A stretch of 64,000 nucleotides of DNA, taken from contig CALOAN010000020.1 of NCBI GenBank assembly GCA_942491345.1, positions 257,671 to 321,670 of the forward strand, written 5' to 3'. A program made the translations under genes and the position numbers. Shown in pieces: positions 36,142-44,891 of this stretch (position 1 is the stretch's first letter; every line of letters starts with the position of its first letter). The stretch is from an uncultured actinomycete (GTDB lineage Bacteria; Actinomycetota; Acidimicrobiia; Spongiisociales; UBA5794). The notes below the pieces were generated by a model that did not search any database, had not been told where the DNA came from, and saw nothing but the letters and a program-made list of their open reading frames with translations.

Positions 36142-36819
36142 TCAGCGCCCGGCTGCGGCCGCGAGAGCGGCGTCATCGGCGCGCCTGATCACTCGATATC
36201 CGGTCTCAAGCGCTCCCTCACCCCGGAGCTCCGACAGAGCCTGGTTGACCGACTGCCGGCTCGCGCCCAGCAACCCGGCGAGGCTCGCCTGTGACAAGTG
36301 AAGATCGCCATATCGGTCTGCCTCGTCGAGCACCATCTCCGCGACCTGTTCCTTGATCGTGCCCCGCATCAATCTGAGCACGCGTCGTTGTGTCGACTCG
36401 AGCTGGTTGAGTCCGGCCACGAGCCACCGGATGGCGATCCTCGGATGCTCGAACAACACCGGGAGGAGCTTCGACCGGTCGAGGCGGAACGCCTCGACCG
36501 GTGAAACCGCACGCGCGCTCGAGATGTAGGGCTGGCCGCGCAGCAGCGCGATATCGCCGATAACGGCGCCGGGGCCAACCCGACCAACAACAAGGCGGCC
36601 GCTTCTTCGGTTGCGAAACAGCTCGACGTCGCCGGTCCGAATCACGTATGCCGCATCCGAGTCGGCACCCTCCTTGAAGAGGTGGGTGCCCGGGTACTTC
36701 TCGATGTAGCTGCCGGCATCCGAGAGTGCGGCAAGGTCGGCTGCCGTGAGTGGTAGGTAGTCCGTACGTCCAAACGATCGGGCGAGCCAGGCAAGGTGTT
36801 GTTCTTCGGCGGGATCCAT
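36142..36819 (-). CDS. Crp/Fnr family transcriptional regulator
   Basis: 225 aa. cNMP-binding fold (LFKEGADSDAAYVIRTGDVELF, GDIALL) and a C-terminal HTH (LSQASLAGLLGASRQSVNQALSEL). Confidence 0.85.
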   Translation of the reverse strand: MDPAEEQHLAWLARSFGRTDYLPLTAADLAALSDAGSYIEKYPGTHLFKEGADSDAAYVIRTGDVELFRNRRSGRLVVGRVGPGAVIGDIALLRGQPYISSARAVSPVEAFRLDRSKLLPVLFEHPRIAIRWLVAGLNQLESTQRRVLRLMRGTIKEQVAEMVLDEADRYGDLHLSQASLAGLLGASRQSVNQALSELRGEGALETGYRVIRRADDAALAAAAGR

Positions 36820-36885
36820 GCCGTAGCAACACCCGGGAGGCGCTCCGTATTCTCGAACCGCACGCGCAGCTCGGCTGATGCACTC

Positions 36886-38472
36886 CTACGGCTGCAGGCG
36901 CACCCACCTGCGAATTGCGGCTTGTGCCGCCACGTCGTCCTCGTTGTATTCGAGAAGCCGGACGCGCTGCTCGACGTCTCCGTCGAGCGCATCAACGTAC
37001 CAGAGCTCGGACTGGGCGCCACCCGGGTCGCCGTCGCGCCACTCGAATCCACAGAGGGGGGCGATGACTTTGAGGGAGTAGCCTTCGGGTGAGACGAAAC
37101 GCTGCTTCATCCACGCCCACAGGTCGCAGCCGAATTGATCGAACCATTCGTCGACCGACGCCGCCGACCGCAAGGAGAGCCCGTGACGTGCGGCCGCTTC
37201 CTTCAGGATCGTGCGCTCATAGTCGGTCCAGTGATAGACAACGGCATCGCCCCGCTCGGCGACCGAGTCGAGAAACCGGAAGAGGCGTCCTAGGACCCTG
37301 CGCTCACCCGCGGGTGTGCCGGTCCAATCCGAGATCGGCTGGAACGCTGCACCTTCTGGCTCGTGGACGAGCAACCCTGCGAGATACAGTGTTCCGAGGT
37401 AGGTCTCTACGTCGAAATCGATCTCGTGCGCAGCATCGGGGAGGCTGAGATCGACGCCGGGGCGTCGAAGGAGGGCTCCCGATGCGCGTGCGTGGGCCTG
37501 GAGAATCGCCTCGTCGGTCAGCGAGTATTCACCGAACGCGGTGCCGGGAGTGAGGTCCGCTATCTGTGTAGTTGTGGTGATGCCCGAATTGAGCAAGTGT
37601 GCGGTTTCGTGCGCACCGACGGCGGGGAGGAGCGAGACATGGTCGAGTGCTTCGAGTTCGCTGCGGCAGAAGTCGGCCCAGGGGCACGAGCGGCATTCGC
37701 CTCGCCATACGGCGGGAACAAGTGGTGTGTCCGGCTGAAGGCGCCCTGCCGCGGCCACGATGATGGCTTCGTCGAGCGCTTGGAGATGGCGGTCGAGGAG
37801 CGTTGGCTTGCCAGCGTCGAGGTCGACCCACACGACGATCAGGGAGGATTCAGCACCAATGATCCCGGCAAGATGCCGCGGATTCGCGAATCCGGCGTCA
37901 TCGAGCAGCTTCCAGTAGTGGGCCACTTGGAAGAGATCCTTGACCCGCCCGCTGCGGAAGCGACACGCAGGCCCGTCGACATTATTGATGGCATCGATGG
38001 GTGCCGTGCGCCCGGGGATACCGGTCTTGCCGATCGCCTTGTGGTGCTTCACGTCGATCGGCGCGTAGCCATCGTCGAGGCGAACGAGGAGGTCAGGAGC
38101 ACCAACGGACTGCAGCCATGGTGCCGAGAGGCGCCCGCCGACGATCAGCGGGACACCGGCGCGCAGCGCTCGTGTGGTGATCGATTCGCGATCTGGTGCC
38201 AGCACCTCGGGTGGGATGACCACCGCCTTCGCAGGGTCGATTGGGGTAGTGGGAGCGGACACGACCCTGGGCGCCGTCCTTTCAAGCAGCCGGGCGACAA
38301 CCGTTTCCTCCCATGCCCGACCGTCCTCGATTCTGCGCTGGATGATCGGATCAAGGCGGCGCTCGGCCGGGTTGTATCGGTCGTGGTGGATACGAGTCGG
38401 GCAACGCCCAAGTTCTCCGCCTCCGATCATGATCAGATCCCCGTGTGCTGTCGGCGCGCTCATCGGTCCCAT
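36886..38472 (-). CDS. RecB-like putative nuclease, TM0106 family
   Basis: 528 aa. PD-(D/E)xK-like GAPDLLVRLDDGYAPIDVKHHK, Cys cluster CRSCPWADFC, and a C-terminal RNase-H-like exonuclease region (EIDFDVE...YHWTDYE). Confidence 0.7.
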   Translation of the reverse strand: MGPMSAPTAHGDLIMIGGGELGRCPTRIHHDRYNPAERRLDPIIQRRIEDGRAWEETVVARLLERTAPRVVSAPTTPIDPAKAVVIPPEVLAPDRESITTRALRAGVPLIVGGRLSAPWLQSVGAPDLLVRLDDGYAPIDVKHHKAIGKTGIPGRTAPIDAINNVDGPACRFRSGRVKDLFQVAHYWKLLDDAGFANPRHLAGIIGAESSLIVVWVDLDAGKPTLLDRHLQALDEAIIVAAAGRLQPDTPLVPAVWRGECRSCPWADFCRSELEALDHVSLLPAVGAHETAHLLNSGITTTTQIADLTPGTAFGEYSLTDEAILQAHARASGALLRRPGVDLSLPDAAHEIDFDVETYLGTLYLAGLLVHEPEGAAFQPISDWTGTPAGERRVLGRLFRFLDSVAERGDAVVYHWTDYERTILKEAAARHGLSLRSAASVDEWFDQFGCDLWAWMKQRFVSPEGYSLKVIAPLCGFEWRDGDPGGAQSELWYVDALDGDVEQRVRLLEYNEDDVAAQAAIRRWVRLQP

Positions 38473-38565
38473 CTTCGCACTCGGGAGTGACAGGAAACGA
38501 AACGGCGAGGTTGCTGCGGATACGGGCCGCCAGGGCTGCGGGTGCGGACAGTCAACATCGGGTGA

Positions 38566-40014
38566 CTATCGCCGCCAGCTCTCGCGGTTGAACAGGATCA
38601 GGATCGGGAGGATCTCGAGTCGCCCGACGATCATGAGGCCCGCGAGCAGCCACTTGCCCAACATTGGGACCTCGAGGTAGTTGCCGGTCGGACCGACCGA
38701 GCCAAGCCCTGGGCCAACGTTCCCGAGCGATGACGCTACGGCAGAAACTGTTGAGACGATGTCCATGTCGGGGCCCCAGATCGAGGCGATCACCGCGAGG
38801 GCGAAGCTGCCGGTCATGAAAGCGAACATGTAGAGCAGGAAGAATGTCTGAACGGCCTCGACGAGGTCATCCTTCAGTGGGTTCTTGCCGATGCGAGCCA
38901 CGAAGATCCCGCGGGGATGAATGAGTCGTCGTATGTCGACCCGCGACGCCTCGTACAAGACTTCGTGGCGATAGATCTTCACCGAACCGGCGGTAGATCC
39001 GGCCATTCCGCCGATGAACATCAGGCCGACGATCATGATCTGAAGCGCCGGCTTCCAGAGACCGAAGTCGGCCGTTCCGTAGCCGGTCGTGGTGATCATC
39101 GACGCCGATGTGAAGATGGCATCACGAATGGTGTCGTGGACCGAGCCGCCCCATGTCCCGACGATCATCACGATCGCAGCCGCGCCGATGACACCTGCGT
39201 AGACGCGCGCCTCGGTGGTCTTCCAGTACGCCGAGGGTTTGCGAATCGCCCGGTAGTGCAGTGCGAACGATGCTCCAGCCAGGATCATGAAGATGATCAC
39301 GATCCACTGCGAGTAGTTGTCGAACGCGTTGAGGGACCCCGCATTTGTGCTGTATCCACCGGTCGACATGGTCGTGAAGCTGTGGTTCACGGCCTCGAAG
39401 AGCGTCATGTCTCCAAGCCACAGCAGTACTACTTCGACGAGAGTGAGTGCGACATAGACGATCCAAAGGCGCTTGGCCGTTTCCCTGAAACGGGGAGTCA
39501 GCCGGTCCGGAGTGGGGCCGGGAGACTCGGCCCGGGCGAGCTGCACGGCGCCCATTCCGAGCAACGGCAAGACTGCGATGGACAGCACGATGATCCCCAT
39601 ACCCCCCATCCATTGGGTGAATGAGCGCCAGAACTGGATGCCATGGGGGATGACTGCCGGATCGGGGATGACCGACGAGCCGGTGGTTGAGAATCCGCTG
39701 ACCGTTTCGAACACGGCATCGGTGACGTTCGTGATCGATCCGGTGAACAGGTAGGGGAGTGCACCAACAAGACCAATTGCGATCCAGGCCAACGCGACGG
39801 CTGCGAATGCCTCACGTGTGCTCAATTCGCCGGGGCGGTCGAACCATCGCCACAAGCCGAGGCCGATCACGGTGGTCACGACGGAGGCGGCCACGATCCA
39901 GAGCGCTGCCGACCACTCCTGGTAAATCGTCGAAACGAGCGCTGAGATCAGCATCGAAACGCCGATTGCCCCGACCACGGCGCCGACGACGTGGAGGAGG
40001 TGCCGCCATGACAT
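38566..40014 (-). CDS. trkH: TrkH family potassium uptake protein
   Basis: 482 aa polytopic protein. Repeated selectivity-filter-like motifs (GFSTTGSS, MSTGGYST, TTTGYGT, GNVGPGLG). Confidence 0.85.
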   Translation of the reverse strand: MSWRHLLHVVGAVVGAIGVSMLISALVSTIYQEWSAALWIVAASVVTTVIGLGLWRWFDRPGELSTREAFAAVALAWIAIGLVGALPYLFTGSITNVTDAVFETVSGFSTTGSSVIPDPAVIPHGIQFWRSFTQWMGGMGIIVLSIAVLPLLGMGAVQLARAESPGPTPDRLTPRFRETAKRLWIVYVALTLVEVVLLWLGDMTLFEAVNHSFTTMSTGGYSTNAGSLNAFDNYSQWIVIIFMILAGASFALHYRAIRKPSAYWKTTEARVYAGVIGAAAIVMIVGTWGGSVHDTIRDAIFTSASMITTTGYGTADFGLWKPALQIMIVGLMFIGGMAGSTAGSVKIYRHEVLYEASRVDIRRLIHPRGIFVARIGKNPLKDDLVEAVQTFFLLYMFAFMTGSFALAVIASIWGPDMDIVSTVSAVASSLGNVGPGLGSVGPTGNYLEVPMLGKWLLAGLMIVGRLEILPILILFNRESWRR

Positions 40015-40020
40015 CGCCGG

Positions 40021-41349
40021 TCAGCCCGAGAGGCTCTCTGCGGCGGCAATGGCCTCTGGGCGGGCGATGACGATCAGGTGGTCGCCTTCTTCGATGACCG
40101 TGCTCCCGCGTGGCACGAATGCCTTGGCGCCGCGTTGCACGCCGCCAATGATGAGAGATGCCGGCGGGTTGAGATCGTTGAGGGTTTTTCCGATTGCCGG
40201 ACTCCCGGGGCGGACTTCGAGTTCGATGGCTTCGGCGTCGGAATCCGAGAACGTGGTCACGGAATGGATGATGCCGCGTCGCACAAACCGAAGGATCTCA
40301 TTCGCTGCAGAGAGGCGTGAGCTCACGGTGGCGTCGATGCCTGCCCCGCTGAGGAGCCCAACCAATTCCGTATTGGTGAATCGAGCGATGACTTCCCCCG
40401 CGCCAAGCTCCTTCGCGACGAGGCATGCCAGCAGGTTGTCGCCGTCCCATCCGCTGAGCGCGAGAACGGAGTCAGCGGCATCAACACCTTCGGCCATCAA
40501 GAGCTTCGGATCAGTCGGGCTGCCGCACACCGTGACGACCCGAGGGAATCGCTCGGCGATGAGGTGGCAGCGCTTGCGGTCTTCATCGATGAGTGTGGTC
40601 GAGATGCCATTGTCGGCGAGAAGCGCTGCGGTGATTTGTGCGAGCCGTGTTGCGCCGAGCACGATCGCCTTCTCAGCTGCCTGGTCGCTGATTCCGAGCA
40701 GCTCGTATGCCTCAGACGTCTTGTCGGCCTGCGCCATCAGGAGGACATGGTCGTGTGGCTCGAGCACCGTTGACCCCCGAGCGATCATGGTTTCGCCGTG
40801 CCGGATCACCGCGACGACGAGCCAGGTCCAGCCGTCAACGGCGCGGCGCAGTTCTGCGAGGGTTGTTCCGACGAAAGACGCCTTCGGACCTACGTACGCC
40901 CCGAGCAGGACGAGTTGCCCGTCTGCAAATTCCACGAGATCCGAGATCGCGCCTCGTTTGACGAGACGGAGGAGATCGCGAGCAGCGGCCTCTCCGGGAT
41001 CGATGATGAAGTCAACGCCGAGCTCTTCGACTTCCGCCTTGAGCTCAGGATCTTCGACACGAGCGACGGTGCGGGGAATTCCGATCGTGGTGGCAGCACT
41101 GCATGCCAGGACGTTGATGGCATCCGAAGAGCTGACGGCGATAAGGAGATCGGCGTCATCGAGACCTGCCTTCACGAGGGTCGAGGTTGAAGCGCCGTTG
41201 CCGTTGACGACCATGCAGTCAATCGCGGATTGAACTTCGAGCGCACGCTGCTCGTTCGACTCGACGAGAACGATGTCCTGGCCCTCGAGCGCGAGCCGCT
41301 CCGCAAGGTATGAGCCGACGGCCCCGGCACCGACAATGACAATCCTCAT
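40021..41349 (-). CDS. trkA: Trk system potassium uptake protein TrkA (two RCK/NAD-binding domains)
   Basis: 442 aa from MRIVIVGAGAVGSYLAERL, with a second Rossmann motif AIVLGATRLA. The track ORF extension to 41766 is Arg/Pro-rich non-coding read-through. Confidence 0.9.
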   Translation of the reverse strand: MRIVIVGAGAVGSYLAERLALEGQDIVLVESNEQRALEVQSAIDCMVVNGNGASTSTLVKAGLDDADLLIAVSSSDAINVLACSAATTIGIPRTVARVEDPELKAEVEELGVDFIIDPGEAAARDLLRLVKRGAISDLVEFADGQLVLLGAYVGPKASFVGTTLAELRRAVDGWTWLVVAVIRHGETMIARGSTVLEPHDHVLLMAQADKTSEAYELLGISDQAAEKAIVLGATRLAQITAALLADNGISTTLIDEDRKRCHLIAERFPRVVTVCGSPTDPKLLMAEGVDAADSVLALSGWDGDNLLACLVAKELGAGEVIARFTNTELVGLLSGAGIDATVSSRLSAANEILRFVRRGIIHSVTTFSDSDAEAIELEVRPGSPAIGKTLNDLNPPASLIIGGVQRGAKAFVPRGSTVIEEGDHLIVIARPEAIAAAESLSG

Positions 41350-41552
41350 AGGCCAGGCAGGATAGGTCCGCAGTGGGGTCGGCACGAACCGGGCCACTCC
41401 GATTCCGAGACGCTCACGCGCTGCGCCGCGGCAAGCGGCTCCACCGCCCACCTCCCCGGGGTCGTGTCGGGTCGTGACCTGGCCGGTGGGCTGGGACGCC
41501 GAAGGTCGTTGGGCTCTACCAATGCACGCGTCGGCGCCGGAGGATGTGAAGT

Positions 41553-41927
41553 GTGGAGTTGGGTGATTGGTACTTGACGATCGTCCCGGTGCTGATCGGG
41601 GTGGGCATGCTCGGCTTCTGGATCTTCGCCGTGGCGACCCGTCGCGTATCCGAAATCGAATCCGGGGGGGTCGAAATCCGGTTCCACATCGCTGCCGAGG
41701 TGGCCACCGGCTTCGTGCTGATCGTCGGGGGGTTGGCTGTCTTGACCGATGAGGATGCCCCCTCAACGATCTTCCTATCGGCGTTCGGTCTGGGGATGCT
41801 CGCGTACACGCTCATCGTGTCACCCGGCTACTTCGTTGAGCGGCGAGACGCGCGGATGGCATGGATGTTCGCGGGCTTCTGGGTGTTGATGATCCCCGCG
41901 ATCATCGTTCGCTTCTTCGGCACTTGA
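41553..41927 (+). CDS. Small hypothetical membrane protein
   Basis: 124 aa with 4 hydrophobic segments. Divergent from trkA. Confidence 0.5.
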   Translation: MELGDWYLTIVPVLIGVGMLGFWIFAVATRRVSEIESGGVEIRFHIAAEVATGFVLIVGGLAVLTDEDAPSTIFLSAFGLGMLAYTLIVSPGYFVERRDARMAWMFAGFWVLMIPAIIVRFFGT

Positions 41928-42075
41928 CCGCGGCCCGTCGTCAACGCTTCAGGTCGGCGTCGCCACACAGAGTGGCCGTCTTGTTCGACGCGGCGGGATC
42001 GCGGCCGCCGAACCAAAGGGCGGGCAGGTGAGCGCGTCAGCGTCGCTCAATCAGTCTGAGTGACCAGAGACCGGT

Positions 42076-42573
42076 TCAGCCGCCCGTCTTCTTCGCGTGC
42101 CCCGGGGGAGTCTTATGAGGCTTGGCCGGCTTCTCGGCCTTCTGCATCTGTCCAAGGTTCTTGTACGGCAGTTCCTCGTAGAGGCCGTCTTCCACGCCCT
42201 GCAGATAGTCCTTGCGGAGCTGGCCGAGCGCGTAGCCGCCGCCATCATCCGATGCAACCACCATGAACTCGTCAATCGTCATGCCGGCAGCGGCATAGGC
42301 AGCGAGCTTGGAAAGAACCCCCCAGCCCATGGACGGCTCCTCGGTACGGAGCGCGATGACCAGGGCCAGCGCATCCTCGACTGCTTCATCCGATGGATCT
42401 TCTCCTGCGAAGTACGCTGCGATTGTCTCGGCCTTCCACAGCTGGGCTGCCGAGAGAGCGTTCTCCGACGTGGCGCCGCAGTCAAACTCGACATCTGCCC
42501 CACTCGCGATTGTTGCGGGCGCAAGAGCTGCCATCGCCAACGCCATCGTTGCGACAAGCACCGAACGTCTCAT
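42076..42573 (-). CDS. Secreted hypothetical protein
   Basis: 165 aa. Signal peptide MRRSVLVATMALAMAALAPATIASG. Lys/Pro-rich C-terminal tail. Confidence 0.6.
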   Translation of the reverse strand: MRRSVLVATMALAMAALAPATIASGADVEFDCGATSENALSAAQLWKAETIAAYFAGEDPSDEAVEDALALVIALRTEEPSMGWGVLSKLAAYAAAGMTIDEFMVVASDDGGGYALGQLRKDYLQGVEDGLYEELPYKNLGQMQKAEKPAKPHKTPPGHAKKTGG

Positions 42574-42747
42574 TCGTCACCCTCCAAGGTCTTTCGGCCA
42601 CTCAGAGTAGTCGCAGCAACGCCGTGCCGCAACCCTCGGATCAGCGTTCGGGCGGCCGGCCGGTCGACGAAAACCCCATGGCCCCGTCGAATAGTCACGC
42701 CCATCGGCGTCTCCATACATGGAGTCTCACAACGAAAGGAGATCCAT

Positions 42748-43425
42748 ATGAAAAGGATGACGCTCCTCACGAGCCTCATCATGGTGTTCTCGCTTGTCAC
42801 CGCCACGGTCGCGAGTGCCGATAGCGGTTCGAAAGCCGGAGACGGTTCTCAGAACACCGACGTGGTGGCGACGCAGACGCAGGAACGTGCCCGGGTCCAG
42901 GTTCAGGAGCCGTCGTGCCAGTCGGGTGATCCGGATTCCGGCTGCGAAGCTGCACAAACGCGTACCCAGGCACGTGAGGAAGTTCAGGTTCGGGAGCATG
43001 ACGGTGAATGCCTCGGCACGGACAAGGAGTGTGAGGCCGACCAGGACCGGGCCCAGGCTCGCGACCGGGATCAGATCCGCCTGAATGACGGTGAAGCTGC
43101 ACAAACGCGTACCCAGGCACGTGAGGAAGTTCAGGTTCGGGAGCATGACGGTGAATGCCTCGGCACGGACAAGGAGTGTGAGGCCGACCAGGATCGGGCC
43201 CAGGCTCGCGACCGGGATCAGATCCGCGCGAACGACGGTGTGTGCTTCGGCGCAGACAGCGAGTGTGATCCCCTCCGCGAGATGACTCGCGCCGAAGCCG
43301 AGGAGAGGATCGTCGAACACCTTGCTGCTCTCGCCGGCGGTAGCGTCGACGGCGAGTACCTTCGCGTCTTGACGCGGTGGATGCTGGCCCACATGTATGG
43401 GCCCTTCTCCGCCCTGTTCACGTAG
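42748..43425 (+). CDS. Secreted Cys-pair repeat protein upstream of the ECF sigma factor
   Basis: AAAGGAG RBS. Signal peptide MKRMTLLTSLIMVFSLVTATVASA. Internal 49-aa duplicated module. The track ORF 42097 extension is antisense to the neighbouring gene. Confidence 0.65.
   Translation: MKRMTLLTSLIMVFSLVTATVASADSGSKAGDGSQNTDVVATQTQERARVQVQEPSCQSGDPDSGCEAAQTRTQAREEVQVREHDGECLGTDKECEADQDRAQARDRDQIRLNDGEAAQTRTQAREEVQVREHDGECLGTDKECEADQDRAQARDRDQIRANDGVCFGADSECDPLREMTRAEAEERIVEHLAALAGGSVDGEYLRVLTRWMLAHMYGPFSALFT
42949..43242 (+). repeat. 2 x 147-bp near-identical in-frame tandem duplication
   Basis: Period 147 nt (42949 vs 43096). One C/T difference plus divergence in the last ~12 nt. Encodes AAQTRTQAREEVQVREHDGECLGTDKECEADQDRAQARDRDQIR twice. 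Confidence 0.9.
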
Positions 43426-43445
43426 TCGAGGCGGTTGAGAGGCAT

Positions 43446-43997
43446 GTGAGCGAATACCCGGAACTGGATGAGATCATGAACGGAATCCGAGCCCGAAGCG
43501 AAACCGCATTCGCCACGGCCTATCGGCACACCGCCGACCCCCTGGCATCCTTCGCCAACGGCATGGTGCACGATCAGCGCTTTGCCGAGGACGCGGTGCA
43601 ACAGGCATTCCTCGAACTCGTCCAAGCTGCCCCGAGCATCAAGGGTGACGGTCGTTCACTCCGTGCATGGCTGTTCCGGAGTGTCCGTTTCACCTGTCTC
43701 GATGAGTTGCGGCGCAAATCGCGTCGCCCCGAACATCTTGCTGCGGCGGTCCCGGAGGTCGGTGTCGAACCTGAACTCCCACCCGGGTTCGATACCGACC
43801 CGGACCTCGCAGCCGCGATGGCGCAACTGACACCCAATCAGCGCACCGTTCTCGTGCTACGGCACGTCGTCGGAATGGATGGCAACGAGATCGCAGATGT
43901 CATCGGTGGGAACCGGGTCGCGGTGTACGCGGCATCCCGTCGCGCTGAACGACGTCTCCGTGAGCTGCTCGAGTCAACCGATGGGGGGCGTGTGTGA
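43446..43997 (+). CDS. RNA polymerase ECF-type sigma-70 factor
   Basis: Region 2 (AEDAVQQAFLELV, LRAWLFRSVRFTCLDELRR) and region 4 (LTPNQRTVLVLRHVVGMDGNEIADVIG). Start may be GTG 43446 or a downstream ATG. Confidence 0.85.
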   Translation: MSEYPELDEIMNGIRARSETAFATAYRHTADPLASFANGMVHDQRFAEDAVQQAFLELVQAAPSIKGDGRSLRAWLFRSVRFTCLDELRRKSRRPEHLAAAVPEVGVEPELPPGFDTDPDLAAAMAQLTPNQRTVLVLRHVVGMDGNEIADVIGGNRVAVYAASRRAERRLRELLESTDGGRV

Positions 43998-44812
43998 TGG
44001 CCGACCAAGACGCATCGAAACGACTCTCTGCCGCCTACCGCACCGAGGTTGACGAAGTGACGAAGGAGCGGCATATCGCTGAGATGAGTGCGGTGATACG
44101 GACCGCTCCACCGGCTCCCATTTCGACAAGGCATGCCCTTCGAAGCCGCGCTGCGGGGGCCGTCGCGGCAGTGCTGATTGTTGCTGCACCGGTTGGAATG
44201 GCCGTCGCTGCCGAGGACGCCGTGCCCGGGGAGTTCCTGTATCCGCTGAAGCAGGTCACCGAGCGAGTTCGCGCTCTTGTCGACGACGACATCGCAGCAA
44301 CGCATCGCGTCGAAGAAGCAGAGCGCCTCGTAGTTCGGGGGGCTCCGATCCCCGAGATCACCCGAGCCGTCGAGCGCGCGCAGGTCGCGACCTCAGACCT
44401 GGTCGATGACGGCACCCTTGGGCCACGTTTGGAGAGCATCCGCGAACGTCTCCGCCAACAGGACGACGAAGAGCGGGTTCTTGTAGAACGCGAGGAGCTG
44501 CAATCCGGCCAACAGAACTCACGCGGCTCCGGTGGTGGAGAAGCGGATCCAGATGGCGATCAGGATGGTCCCGGCACCGGTTCGGCGACAACCTCTGTAC
44601 CGAGATCAGGCGGTCAAGGGGAAGGCGCAGGAGCAGGTTCGACGAGTGGCGACTCAACGCCCGGCGATTCGCCGCCAACGGACGGCAACGCCGGGACCCG
44701 GGGAAACAACGGTGCGGGAGAGACCCCCGAGCGGGAGGGCGCCGGTCCAGGGGGAGACGCTTCCCCGCCGACGACGGCTCGGCAGGGTTCCACTGGAACA
44801 AGCGGTTCGTAG
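43994..44812 (+). CDS. Putative anti-sigma factor-like protein (DUF5667-like, Gly/Ser/Pro-rich tail)
   Basis: Start overlaps the sigma gene stop. One TM segment (AAGAVAAVLIVAAPVGMAVA). FLYPLKQVTERVR motif. Low-complexity C-terminus. Confidence 0.6.
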   Translation: MMADQDASKRLSAAYRTEVDEVTKERHIAEMSAVIRTAPPAPISTRHALRSRAAGAVAAVLIVAAPVGMAVAAEDAVPGEFLYPLKQVTERVRALVDDDIAATHRVEEAERLVVRGAPIPEITRAVERAQVATSDLVDDGTLGPRLESIRERLRQQDDEERVLVEREELQSGQQNSRGSGGGEADPDGDQDGPGTGSATTSVPRSGGQGEGAGAGSTSGDSTPGDSPPTDGNAGTRGNNGAGETPEREGAGPGGDASPPTTARQGSTGTSGS

Positions 44813-44891
44813 CCTCCTGGTCATTGGCTGAAGGCAGGTACCCGCGACCGTACGGGCCGGAGCGGATCCGCAGGCGCGAATCCTCCCGGCT

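Noticed and set aside
41350-41766. N-terminal extensions of track ORFs: trkA to 41766, 9861, 11885, 13255, 31206, 42097, MMPL to 51415, 61117..62463 and 61933.
   Set aside because: The extensions overlap neighbouring genes or are Arg-rich nonsense. Internal starts give canonical family N-termini, often with an SD sequence or ATGA/GTGA coupling to the preceding gene.
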